From NCBI GenBank assembly GCA_965140585.1, contig OZ223264.1, forward strand, positions 288,001 to 352,000: DNA of 64,000 nt, given 5' to 3'. Below the pieces are notes generated by a model. It was given only the letters and a program-made list of their open reading frames with translations, was not told the origin of the DNA and did not search any database. The first letter of the stretch is position 1. Each line of letters starts with the position of its first letter. This DNA comes from Spirochaetia bacterium. Lineage in GTDB: Bacteria; Spirochaetota; Spirochaetia; UBA9216. The position numbers and the translations under genes were made by a program. Shown here one piece after another: positions 11,326-20,082 of this stretch.

Positions 11326-11802
11326 TTGAAGATTGACGTAGAACAATTTTACAGAAAATACGGTCCCATGGTGTTCAGGCGCTGCAAATCGCTTCTAAAT
11401 GATGAAGATCGCGCTCATGACGCCATGCAGGAAGTATTTGTGAAGGTACTCAGAAAAGCAGACTCACTTAACGACAGAGCTCCATCAAGCCTTCTGTATA
11501 CTATAGCAACAAATGTCTGTCTTAATGAACTCCGTAAAGTCAACCGTCTTGTAGACAGCGGTAATGAGATAATTGAAACCGTTGCAGGGACTGAAAGTCA
11601 TGAGAGAATAGTACTGACAAACCATTTTCTTGAACAGCTTTTCAGTCTTGAAAAAGAATCTACAAGAACAATGGCTGTGCTGCATTATGTTGAGGGTTAT
11701 ACCCTTGAAGAAACAGCACGTGTTATGAACATGTCCGTTTCCGGTGTCCGAAAAAGGCTAAGAGGCCTCCGTGAGAGGGGTCTTGCGCTTAAGGAGGAAT
11801 AA
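11326..11802 (+). CDS. ECF RNA polymerase sigma-70 factor
   Basis: AHDAMQEVF..LYTIATNVCLNELR (region 2) and LHYVEGYTLEETARVMNMSVSGVRKRL (region 4); 158 aa. Confidence 0.92.
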   Translation: MKIDVEQFYRKYGPMVFRRCKSLLNDEDRAHDAMQEVFVKVLRKADSLNDRAPSSLLYTIATNVCLNELRKVNRLVDSGNEIIETVAGTESHERIVLTNHFLEQLFSLEKESTRTMAVLHYVEGYTLEETARVMNMSVSGVRKRLRGLRERGLALKEE

Positions 11803-11805
11803 TCT

Positions 11806-12597
11806 ATGAAACCTGGAAAGCTGTTTCTTGAGCAATACAAACTGGGCGAACTGACAGATGAAGAAAAAAAGCAGTTCGAAGACAGTTTTGAAGATCCGAA
11901 TGAACTTGAAAGACTCCTGAGAGAACTGGATGACTCAGATAAAGATTTCTTTAAAAAATTTCCCGTAGATGAGACAGTCGATTCAATAAAGGAAAGAAGT
12001 GAACAAAGCAAAGGCTCAAAGATTCTGAAGTTTCCGGTTTTCCGGATTTCAGCCCTTGCAGCCGCTGCAGCGGTTGTTATATTCGGCTTCAGCTTCTTTT
12101 ACTCTCCTGTGAGCACAGGAGGCACAGGCTCGACTCCGGATGTAAATGCAACTGAAAGAATTAAGGGCATGAAGCCCTCTCTTAAAATATACCGGAGCCT
12201 CAGCGGTTCTGCTGAAATCCTTGAAAACAGGGATACCGTTGCCGAAAAGGATCTTCTGCAGATTGAATACATTGCCGGCGGCTACAGGTACGGCATGATT
12301 TTTTCAATTGACGGACGGGGTACTGTTACCATGCACTATCCCTCATACAGCGGAATAAAACCAGAGCTCGATAACAACGGGGCTGTTCTTCTACCGTATG
12401 CCTATGAGCTTGATGATGCTCCGGAATTTGAAAGATTCTTCTTTATAGCCGGAGGAGACTGGTTCAATGCCGATGAAGTTCTTGACGCAGCTTATGAGCT
12501 GGCTTCATCAAACAGTTCGGCAAGACGTAGTTTTCTTGATATCCCTGAAGAATACTACCAGACAACAATCTTATTAAAGAAGGGGGCTGAAAGATGA
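11806..12597 (+). CDS. Putative single-pass anti-sigma factor with an extracytoplasmic DUF4384/ActD-like domain
   Basis: N-terminal LEQYKLGELTDEE (anti-sigma-domain-like, no Zn ligands), one TM helix, then ERIKG...FSIDGRGTVT...YELDDAPEFERFFF; AGGAGG RBS inside the sigma 3' end. Confidence 0.75.
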   Translation: MKPGKLFLEQYKLGELTDEEKKQFEDSFEDPNELERLLRELDDSDKDFFKKFPVDETVDSIKERSEQSKGSKILKFPVFRISALAAAAAVVIFGFSFFYSPVSTGGTGSTPDVNATERIKGMKPSLKIYRSLSGSAEILENRDTVAEKDLLQIEYIAGGYRYGMIFSIDGRGTVTMHYPSYSGIKPELDNNGAVLLPYAYELDDAPEFERFFFIAGGDWFNADEVLDAAYELASSNSSARRSFLDIPEEYYQTTILLKKGAER

Positions 12598-15032
12598 AAA
12601 GCCTTGTAAAAGATGTCCTGAAGAAGATGCTTCTTCAGATAAGTATAATCGGATTTATATGCCTGCTTTTTCTTGTATCAGCGGCTGGCGCTTCTGCACA
12701 AACCTCAGTTATGAGAAGATACGCAGTTTATGTAGGCTCCAATTACGGCGGTCACGAAAGAGTAACCCTTTCATACGCTGTAACTGATGCAAGGGCTCTT
12801 TCTGATGTTATGCAGCGGCTCGGCGGTGTAATGCCTGCCGACGGTATTGTTTTAACAGATCCGTCACCGGCCCTGCTTAAAGATACAATTTCCACCCTTA
12901 AAAGAAATGTAAGCAATGATACAGAAGTAAAACGTTCAGAATTCTTCTTCTATTATTCAGGCCATTCAGATGAAAAGGGCCTTCTGCTCGGCGATTCGGT
13001 TATGAAGTATGAAGATCTTAAGGAACTTATTGATTCTGTCGGTGCTGATGTAAATATTGCAGTTCTCGACTCCTGCTCATCAGGAGCTTTCACCCGAATG
13101 AAGGGTGGTGTAAGAAGATCCCCCTTTCTATCCGATGAATCAGTGGACGCTTCAGGACACGCCTTCCTGACTTCAAGTTCGGAAGATGAAGCGGCTCAGG
13201 AATCTGATGATCTCGGTGCCTCTTTTTTCACACATTATTTAATCACTGCGCTCAGGGGCGCTGCCGACAGTACCTTTGACGGTACTGTAACTCTGAATGA
13301 AGCATACTCGTATGCCGCTTCTGAAACCCTGGCCAGAACAGAAGATACCCTTGCCGGCCCCCAGCATCCTTCATATGATATCCAGCTTGCCGGAACCGGA
13401 GAACTTATCCTTACCGATCTGCGGGAAGTTTCCGAGCAGATTATGTTTGAAAAAAACCTCCGCGGCCGGATTTTTGTCCGTGACAGCGCAGGACGCCTTG
13501 TTGTTGAGCTGAAAAAAATAGAGGGTGCTCCGCTTGCTGTTTCAATTGCACCAGGCCGATACTCAATGATTCTTGACGACGGCGATCAGCTGCTTTCCGC
13601 AGACCTGATGCTTTCCGGCGGAGCCAAGGTTATTGTACAGAAAGATGAGTTTTACCCGGTTCCGGGCAAGGTTACAACATCGCGCGGCGGAACTTTCGTA
13701 GCAGTTGATACCGTTCCCGCTCCGGCGTTGACTGAAGAACCTGCTTCTGTAAACGGTGAAGATGATATTTCCCGTACAGCCTCTGAGCTGGATGAAATTG
13801 CAGAACGTGCACGGAGAAGGGCGCTTGAAGCCGCCGGCATGAGTGAAAGCACCGGGGGAGCTTCCATTAACGATACAGAAGAAACCGTTTTAATTAACGT
13901 TCAGCGTGAAACCGGAGATGCTTATATTGCTGCATCAGACAGCTCCTCTACTGCTTCTTCTGACAGAGAAAAAGCCCCTGATTATGATCCTGCTAAATTT
14001 TCACTCGGCTTTGTTGCATCAGAGAAAGATGTATCAGGTATACAACTGGGGCTTATTGGTGCGACTACTGAAAAAAGCATGAAGGGCTTTCAGATTGGCG
14101 GAATATTTGCAGAGTCATCAGGAACTGTTGACGGTTTTCAAATAGGCGGCATATTCAGTTCCGCTGATGATAATGTGGACGGTTTTCAGATTTCAGGTAT
14201 ATGGAATGCCACAGAAATGGATGTAATGGGTGCACAGATATCCGGCATATGGAACTCTGCAAGGGATGTTGCCTTCCTGCAGGCTGCCGGAATCTTTAAT
14301 GTTGCAGAACGTGATGTCAGAGGTCTTCAGCTTTCAGGTATATTCAATATTGCAGAGGGCAATGTTTACGGAGCTCAGGGTGCAGGTATTTTCAACGTAG
14401 CTGAGAATGTCAATGGTTTTCAGGCAGGACTTTTCAACTTCGGCGGAAAGGTTTACGGGCTCCAGGTCGGTCTTGTCAATATCAGCGATGAGCTCTACGG
14501 ACTGCCCATAGGTCTTATAAATATCAGCGGAAACGGACTGAACGATGTTTCATTCTCCTGGGATGATCTTGGATTTGGAAACATCAGCTACCAGCTTGGA
14601 ACCTCTTCAGTTTATACATTTATGAACTTTGGATATCACAGTGAAACTCCCGAGCTTGCATCTACGCTAGGCCTTGGAATGGGACTGGAAATCGGCGGTG
14701 AAAGACTTTATTTTGACATGGACATCTATGCCAAGGCTGTAGGATACGGTATGGGCAGCGTAGAAAATAATGTTAAGAGTGTTTTTGAGGGTACTGCGGA
14801 CTATTATCCTGCAGCAAGATTAAGCGGCGGATTCAAGCTCTTTGGTTCAATGTCTATATTCGCCGGAGTGAACTGGGACTTTCATCTCTTCGGAAACGAA
14901 AGCGGTTACAGCTACGACCTCGGTTCAAGCATATCTTCATTCAATTCAGGCCAGCCTATGATGCAGGTTGATTTCGACAGCTATAATACAATGGAAGTTT
15001 TTCCATCCTTTTTTCTTGGGGTCAGGCTTTAG
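12594..15032 (+). CDS. Secreted caspase-family (peptidase C14) protein with GxQxxG(I/L)xN repeats and a probable C-terminal beta-barrel
   Basis: Signal peptide (..AGASA-Q), YYSGHS (H124) and LDSCSSG (C161) dyad, FTHYLITALRGAAD..DGTVTL, QHP; repeats; terminal FFLGVRL; ATGA overlap with the upstream gene. Confidence 0.85.
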   Translation: MKSLVKDVLKKMLLQISIIGFICLLFLVSAAGASAQTSVMRRYAVYVGSNYGGHERVTLSYAVTDARALSDVMQRLGGVMPADGIVLTDPSPALLKDTISTLKRNVSNDTEVKRSEFFFYYSGHSDEKGLLLGDSVMKYEDLKELIDSVGADVNIAVLDSCSSGAFTRMKGGVRRSPFLSDESVDASGHAFLTSSSEDEAAQESDDLGASFFTHYLITALRGAADSTFDGTVTLNEAYSYAASETLARTEDTLAGPQHPSYDIQLAGTGELILTDLREVSEQIMFEKNLRGRIFVRDSAGRLVVELKKIEGAPLAVSIAPGRYSMILDDGDQLLSADLMLSGGAKVIVQKDEFYPVPGKVTTSRGGTFVAVDTVPAPALTEEPASVNGEDDISRTASELDEIAERARRRALEAAGMSESTGGASINDTEETVLINVQRETGDAYIAASDSSSTASSDREKAPDYDPAKFSLGFVASEKDVSGIQLGLIGATTEKSMKGFQIGGIFAESSGTVDGFQIGGIFSSADDNVDGFQISGIWNATEMDVMGAQISGIWNSARDVAFLQAAGIFNVAERDVRGLQLSGIFNIAEGNVYGAQGAGIFNVAENVNGFQAGLFNFGGKVYGLQVGLVNISDELYGLPIGLINISGNGLNDVSFSWDDLGFGNISYQLGTSSVYTFMNFGYHSETPELASTLGLGMGLEIGGERLYFDMDIYAKAVGYGMGSVENNVKSVFEGTADYYPAARLSGGFKLFGSMSIFAGVNWDFHLFGNESGYSYDLGSSISSFNSGQPMMQVDFDSYNTMEVFPSFFLGVRL
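14020..14545 (+). repeat. Protein-level tandem repeats (about 12 units of 14-15 aa), predicted beta-solenoid, LA_2272-type surface repeats
   Basis: Units such as VDGFQIGGIFS, VMGAQISGIWN, VRGLQLSGIFN, VYGLQVGLVN; degenerate at DNA level. Confidence 0.8.
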
Positions 15033-15059
15033 TAAGCATCACTCAATCAGTTATTTATC

Positions 15060-15091
15060 AGGCTCCGCTATACCGGCGGAGCCTTTCTTTA
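15060..15091 (+). terminator. Intrinsic terminator closing the ECF-caspase operon
   Basis: AGGCTCCGC-TATACCG-GCGGAGCCT followed by TTCTTT. Confidence 0.75.
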
Positions 15092-15161
15092 CTTCAAATT
15101 TACATAACTTTCTTTCCAAATCTGCTCATCCCGGTATAAAATCAAATATTGGAGAGTCAAA

Positions 15162-16484
15162 ATGTCTGAATTTAAACTTGGTTCAAGAGATAAAGTTACC
15201 CTGGGACTGATGGTCCTAATGTCCTTCTTCTTGCAATGCGATCTTTATATTACACCTGCCATCGTTCCCGAGCTTGCTGCAGAATACGGTGTTCCAAATG
15301 CCTCCATCAGTTATGTTGCTTCGGCTTTCACTTTACTCGGGGCGGCTCTGAGTATCATATTCGGATACTTTTCAGATAAATCTGCGAGAAAGCAGCTGCT
15401 TATGGCTGTTGTTCTTATAGGCGAGATTCCCTGCTTCCTGACCGGTATAAAGTTTTTCACTGCCAGCTTTCAGGGGTATGTAATAATGAGAATTCTTACC
15501 GGCATTGGTGTTGGGGGTATCTATCCTCTACTTTTCAGCCTCGTTTCAGATTACTTCACCGACAGGCACCGGGCAAAAGCTGTTGCATTTATTGATATAG
15601 CCTGGGGACTTGGAACAATGGTCGGCCCCATTATGGCAAATATAGGCCTGTCTTCCGGCTACGGCTGGCGGCTTGCGTTCATACTTGCAGCAGTCCCCAA
15701 CTTCCCGGTTGTGCTGCTATTCGGATTGATAGCCCGCTCTCCGGAACGCGGTTCATCTGAGAAGGCTCTGGCGGAAGCGCTTCATTCTGGTGCTGAATAC
15801 AACCATAAAATCAAGCTTTCTGATTTCAGGCATGTGCTTAAAAAGCGGACAAACCTTTTTCTGTTTCTACAGGGAATTCCAGGAACCATCCCCTGGGGAA
15901 TTCTTACCTTCTGGGTTATTACATTTTTCAGGGAGACTCAGGGAATGGGGCAGGCCGAAGCAACCCTCATATGGGAGCTGTTTGGTGTTGGCGTTGTAAC
16001 CGGAGGCCTTTTCTGGGCTTTTATCGGTGATAAGCTTTTTTCAAAAAAGCCTTCATACCTTCCGCTTCTGTGTACAATCGGAATAATGGCAGGAACTATT
16101 CCCTGCTTTATATTCTTCAATATTCCTTTTTCATCACCGGTTATTGTAATGGCTTTAAGTCTGCTGGGAGGAGCCTGTATTGCCACCGCTTCAAGCAATA
16201 ACAAGGCTATGCTGATGAATGTGAACCGACCTGAGCACCGCGGTTCGGTCTTTGCGGTTTTTAATCTTACAGATAATATTGGAAAGGGCTTCGGGCCTGC
16301 TATCGGCGGTGCGGTACTCGCCGCAACATCAAGCTACGGACTGATGGTGAATATGGCAATCAGTTTCTGGTTCCTCTGCAGCCTTCTTTTTATAGGTGTT
16401 ATTTTTTCCATTAACAAAGACCGGAAAGAGATGCTTGAGCTGATGGAAGAACGCGGCCGTGAGCTTAAGGCAGAATTGAAATAA
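15162..16484 (+). CDS. MFS transporter
   Basis: About 12 TM helices; GYFSDKSARK motif A; RILTGIGVGG; SDYF...RAKA. Confidence 0.9.
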   Translation: MSEFKLGSRDKVTLGLMVLMSFFLQCDLYITPAIVPELAAEYGVPNASISYVASAFTLLGAALSIIFGYFSDKSARKQLLMAVVLIGEIPCFLTGIKFFTASFQGYVIMRILTGIGVGGIYPLLFSLVSDYFTDRHRAKAVAFIDIAWGLGTMVGPIMANIGLSSGYGWRLAFILAAVPNFPVVLLFGLIARSPERGSSEKALAEALHSGAEYNHKIKLSDFRHVLKKRTNLFLFLQGIPGTIPWGILTFWVITFFRETQGMGQAEATLIWELFGVGVVTGGLFWAFIGDKLFSKKPSYLPLLCTIGIMAGTIPCFIFFNIPFSSPVIVMALSLLGGACIATASSNNKAMLMNVNRPEHRGSVFAVFNLTDNIGKGFGPAIGGAVLAATSSYGLMVNMAISFWFLCSLLFIGVIFSINKDRKEMLELMEERGRELKAELK

Positions 16485-17157
16485 TTAGCGGGGCAATCAG
16501 TACTGTAACCAGTCCCGCCATCCCGATTGCAAGGCTGCTCATTGCTCCCTCTGTTTCGCCCAGCTCCAGGGCTCTGGAGGTTCCTATAGCGTGAGCGGCC
16601 GTTCCCATTGCAATGCCCCTGGATGTCGCGTTTCTGATTTTAAGGATTCCAAGCAGACCGGGGCCTATGATTGCTCCCAGAATTCCTGTGATGATTACCG
16701 AGAGGGCTGTAATTGACGGCAGCCCCCCGATCCCTGCGGAGATTTCCACGGCAATCGGCGTTGTGACAGATTTGGGAACAAGTGAAAGCATCAGTTCTTC
16801 AGGCAGGCCAAACACTTTTGAAAGCAGAATTACGCTGAATATTGATGTTACTGAACCGGCAAATATGCCAGTAATAAGAATTACAGCATGTCTTTTTAGA
16901 ATATGAAACTGTCTGTACAGGGGCACTGCAAGTGATACTGTTGCTGGAATAAGCATGAAAGAAATTATTGTTCCGCCGCGCTGATAGTTTTCAAGCGATA
17001 TTCCTGTCAGAAACAGAAATATAATGATAAATGCAGAACCGGTTATGACCGGATGCAGAAAAGAGATAGAGAACTTAAGGTAGATTGCTCTGGCCAGGGT
17101 ATAGGCAGCAAGTGTTATTGTTATTCCGAAAAGCGGTGAAGAAAAAAATGCTTCCAT
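16465..17157 (-). CDS. lrgB: LrgB family protein
   Basis: PATVSLAVPLY, PKSVTTPIA, GTAAHAIGTSRA. Confidence 0.93.
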   Translation of the reverse strand: MEAFFSSPLFGITITLAAYTLARAIYLKFSISFLHPVITGSAFIIIFLFLTGISLENYQRGGTIISFMLIPATVSLAVPLYRQFHILKRHAVILITGIFAGSVTSIFSVILLSKVFGLPEELMLSLVPKSVTTPIAVEISAGIGGLPSITALSVIITGILGAIIGPGLLGILKIRNATSRGIAMGTAAHAIGTSRALELGETEGAMSSLAIGMAGLVTVLIAPLIISILP

Positions 17158-17522
17158 CAGCTTTTATCCTTCTTGGCGGAAAGTCTGAAAAGCAGGCTGA
17201 CTGTAAGGGCTGTCACTGCCATGGTGAGTACAGTTGAAATAATCACAATCAGGCTGATCTTCAGTCCGTATTTTCCAAGTATCTCGGTTTCTTTCATAAG
17301 ATTGATGATAAGAGGTATAAAAAAAAGCGGAAGAGATGCCGTGAAAAAATCTGCTGCCCTATGAATCTTTTTAAGATCGAGAATCCCGGTAACAAGCAGA
17401 ACCGCCATTATCAGCATGCCGGCAACAGGTCCCGGAAATGGAAAGCCGGGGATTAGTGATGCAAGCATACCCGCAGCAGCGATAGTGAATATAATAAAAA
17501 TTTCTGTAAGGATGTTAAGCAT
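17157..17522 (-). CDS. cidA: CidA/LrgA family holin-like protein
   Basis: PFPGPVAGM, LPLFFIP; 121 aa, 4 TM, directly upstream of lrgB. Confidence 0.88.
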   Translation of the reverse strand: MLNILTEIFIIFTIAAAGMLASLIPGFPFPGPVAGMLIMAVLLVTGILDLKKIHRAADFFTASLPLFFIPLIINLMKETEILGKYGLKISLIVIISTVLTMAVTALTVSLLFRLSAKKDKS

Positions 17523-17525
17523 TTT

Positions 17526-18305
17526 TTATTTTACCGCAACAGCTTCAACTATATAAGGCAGTACCTTTTTATTTGCAAAGATGTAGGTCTCCGATTCAAG
17601 CGACATTGGATTGCCCCGGTCGTCTGAACATAGAGCCCCGGCTTCAGAGGCTATCAGCAGTCCGGCCGCAAAGTCCCATGGTCCCAGCTTTAATTCAAAG
17701 TATGCATCAAGCCTTCCAGCGGCAACAGAACATATGTCAAGACAGGCTGCACCGTACCGGCGGATTCCCCTGATATTATTTTCAAAAAGGTAATCAATCG
17801 CATTAAGTGTACGCTTAACCATGTTGCCGCGTTCATAATAAAAGCCAGTTGAAATTATCGCTTCTTCAATTCCCCTGTCCGAGGCTTCAATTTTATTTCC
17901 GTTTACATATGCACCCTTCCCAAGCTCCGCTGTAAACAGTTCTTCATGAACGGGATCAAATATGCAGCCTATTTTAACAGTTCCTTTTTCTGCGTATGCT
18001 ATGGATACTCCGAATTGTGTAAGTCCGTGCGCGTAGTTGTTGGTCCCGTCAAGCGGGTCTACAATCCACAGATTTTCAGCATGCAGATCAAGAACCCCGC
18101 CTTCCTCCTCACCGAGGATTTTATGTTCCGGGAAGGCTTCAAGTATAATTTCTCTAATAGCTTTCTCTGCACTCAGATCCGCCTCGGTAACAAGATTATT
18201 GCTTGCCTTCTGGTGGATCTGCACATTCCTGAAGGCAGTGAGAATTATCTCTCCTGCCTTTCTTGCGGCTTTTTCCGCTGTGAATATTATATTGTCGGAT
18301 TTCAT
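17526..18305 (-). CDS. suhB: Inositol monophosphatase family protein
   Basis: VTEAD, GEE, WIVDPLDGTNNY, PWDFAAG. Confidence 0.9.
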   Translation of the reverse strand: MKSDNIIFTAEKAARKAGEIILTAFRNVQIHQKASNNLVTEADLSAEKAIREIILEAFPEHKILGEEEGGVLDLHAENLWIVDPLDGTNNYAHGLTQFGVSIAYAEKGTVKIGCIFDPVHEELFTAELGKGAYVNGNKIEASDRGIEEAIISTGFYYERGNMVKRTLNAIDYLFENNIRGIRRYGAACLDICSVAAGRLDAYFELKLGPWDFAAGLLIASEAGALCSDDRGNPMSLESETYIFANKKVLPYIVEAVAVK

Positions 18306-18308
18306 TGT

Positions 18309-18758
18309 TCAGTTTCCGTTGATAAGTTCTTTTAGTTTTGCAGTTTCAAACAGTTCAAAGAAGTAGGTATTTCCGTCATTGAAACGGATCTCCCATGCAG
18401 TTGAACCGAAAAGGCTGCCCAGTCTGCTTACTGGTCTGGCTTCTTCGGTTTCTCCGTGAATACAGGCGATGGCGCTGTTCTCTGAAACTTTTCTTATTGA
18501 AGCTGCTTCGGAAAGAAGAAAATTCATTGTGAACTTTTCATAATTCCTTTTCTTCTTTGACAGCATGTCAAGAAATGATGTTTTCTCAAAATCTTCAAAA
18601 TAAACCCGGTCATCGGTTGAGTAGAGCAGACCGCTTAAGTTTGTCAGACCTTTTCCAGCCTCACCTATAAATCTGGCAAAGCTTTTAAATAGTATCTGCT
18701 TGCCCGTTTCCTGCTCTTTTTCCTGCCAGAATTCCCTGCTTTCCTGAGTTTCATCCAT
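18309..18758 (-). CDS. Hypothetical protein
   Basis: Co-oriented with suhB, normal composition; no motif recognised. Confidence 0.7.
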   Translation of the reverse strand: MDETQESREFWQEKEQETGKQILFKSFARFIGEAGKGLTNLSGLLYSTDDRVYFEDFEKTSFLDMLSKKKRNYEKFTMNFLLSEAASIRKVSENSAIACIHGETEEARPVSRLGSLFGSTAWEIRFNDGNTYFFELFETAKLKELINGN

Positions 18759-18842
18759 AATATAACTGTATAACACAGATTTAGTCAAAATGGTACCTTA
18801 AAATACTGTTAATGCTTCTTTTTATGATCGATAATGTAATAG

Positions 18843-19610
18843 ATGGAACACTATCCTGTTCATGAAAATAAGATAGAAGAGATGACTCCTGCAGAACTGG
18901 CTGAATATGCCGCCGATTTGAAAACTATTCTAAACAGAGTTTTCACCATAACTTCCCATGATCTCCGCAGTCCTTTCAGCGGACTTCTTGGTTTGTCAGG
19001 GATGCTGCTGAATGATTTAGATAACATCTGTACCGGCAATGGAAAGTTGTATGTTGAGAATATTCATGAATCAATTAATAATACATACAGACTGCTTGAG
19101 ACTCTGTTTGAATGGGGAAAGATAGAACGCGGAAAGGTGAATGACGTCATTGAACTGATTCCGCTGCGGACACTCATGTATGATGTTGAATCAGATCTTA
19201 AATCATGGACAGAGAAAAAGGATATATCTCTTGAACACCTTTATTCAGAGGATGTTCTGGTTTACACTAATTCTGAAATGCTTGAGTTTGTTCTTAAAAA
19301 TTATATTACAAACGCTGTTAAATATTCACCCAGGGGAGCTTCGATTAAAATAGAATGCCTGGGAGAGGGAGGAACAAAGAGGGTTAGCGTGAGTGACAGC
19401 GGAATCGGAATCTCTGAAGAAAACATAGCCAAACTGTTCAGGCCGGAAATTATCTGGCGGCACATGGGCACAGAAGACGAACCCGGCACCGGTATCGGAC
19501 TAATAGCCTCACACCGTTATGCCGGGTTGTTCGGAGCCTCGCTTCATGTCGCAAGCGGGGTTGGAACCGGAAGCACTTTCAGTATTATTTTGCCTGAGCG
19601 CCCCGTTTAA
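18843..19610 (+). CDS. Histidine kinase core (HisKA + HATPase) with no sensor domain
   Basis: SHDLRSP, NYITNAVKY, DSGIGI, GTGIGL. Confidence 0.88.
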   Translation: MEHYPVHENKIEEMTPAELAEYAADLKTILNRVFTITSHDLRSPFSGLLGLSGMLLNDLDNICTGNGKLYVENIHESINNTYRLLETLFEWGKIERGKVNDVIELIPLRTLMYDVESDLKSWTEKKDISLEHLYSEDVLVYTNSEMLEFVLKNYITNAVKYSPRGASIKIECLGEGGTKRVSVSDSGIGISEENIAKLFRPEIIWRHMGTEDEPGTGIGLIASHRYAGLFGASLHVASGVGTGSTFSIILPERPV

Positions 19611-20073
19611 GAGCCAGCTTTCCGGTCCGGATAGATTCAATAATATTGTAATCACTCAGCAGGTTGAATGCATTGTTTACCGCGTTGGTATCACCGGTAA
19701 TTTCAAGCACCCATACCAGTTCATTTGAGTCGATTATGCGGGCCTGAATTGCTGTTATTATCTGCAGCAGCTCGCTTCTGATTTCAGGCTTAACTTCAAT
19801 CTTTACCAGAGCATGTTCACGCTCAACAGCCTCGGTTTTCTTGATATCCCAGACCTTTATCACGTGTACCAGTTTATGAAGCTGTTTTCTAACCTGTTCA
19901 AGCACATTGTCGTCGCCCTGGACAACTATGGTGAAACGGCTCTTCCCCGGAATCTCGGTATGTCCGACTGAGAGGCTTTCGATATTAAAACCTCGGCGTG
20001 AAAAAAGGCCTGATATTCTTGTCATTACACCCGGCTGGTCATCACATAGAATTGCAATTGTATGATTCATCAT
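19585..20073 (-). CDS. ilvN: Acetolactate synthase small (regulatory) subunit
   Basis: ACT motif DQPGVMTRISGLFSRRGFNIESLSVG; adjacent to ilvB. Confidence 0.95.
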   Translation of the reverse strand: MMNHTIAILCDDQPGVMTRISGLFSRRGFNIESLSVGHTEIPGKSRFTIVVQGDDNVLEQVRKQLHKLVHVIKVWDIKKTEAVEREHALVKIEVKPEIRSELLQIITAIQARIIDSNELVWVLEITGDTNAVNNAFNLLSDYNIIESIRTGKLALKRGAQAK

Positions 20074-20082
20074 TATCTCCTT

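Noticed and set aside
14020-14545. Roughly 45-nt periodicity as a CRISPR-like or DGR repeat
   Set aside because: The periodicity is protein-level and in frame, with synonymous divergence; no spacers and no reverse transcriptase nearby
11326-15032. CRISPR-associated protease (Craspase/PCaspase-type) locus
   Set aside because: No cas, SAVED or CARF genes in the window, and the protease has a signal peptide
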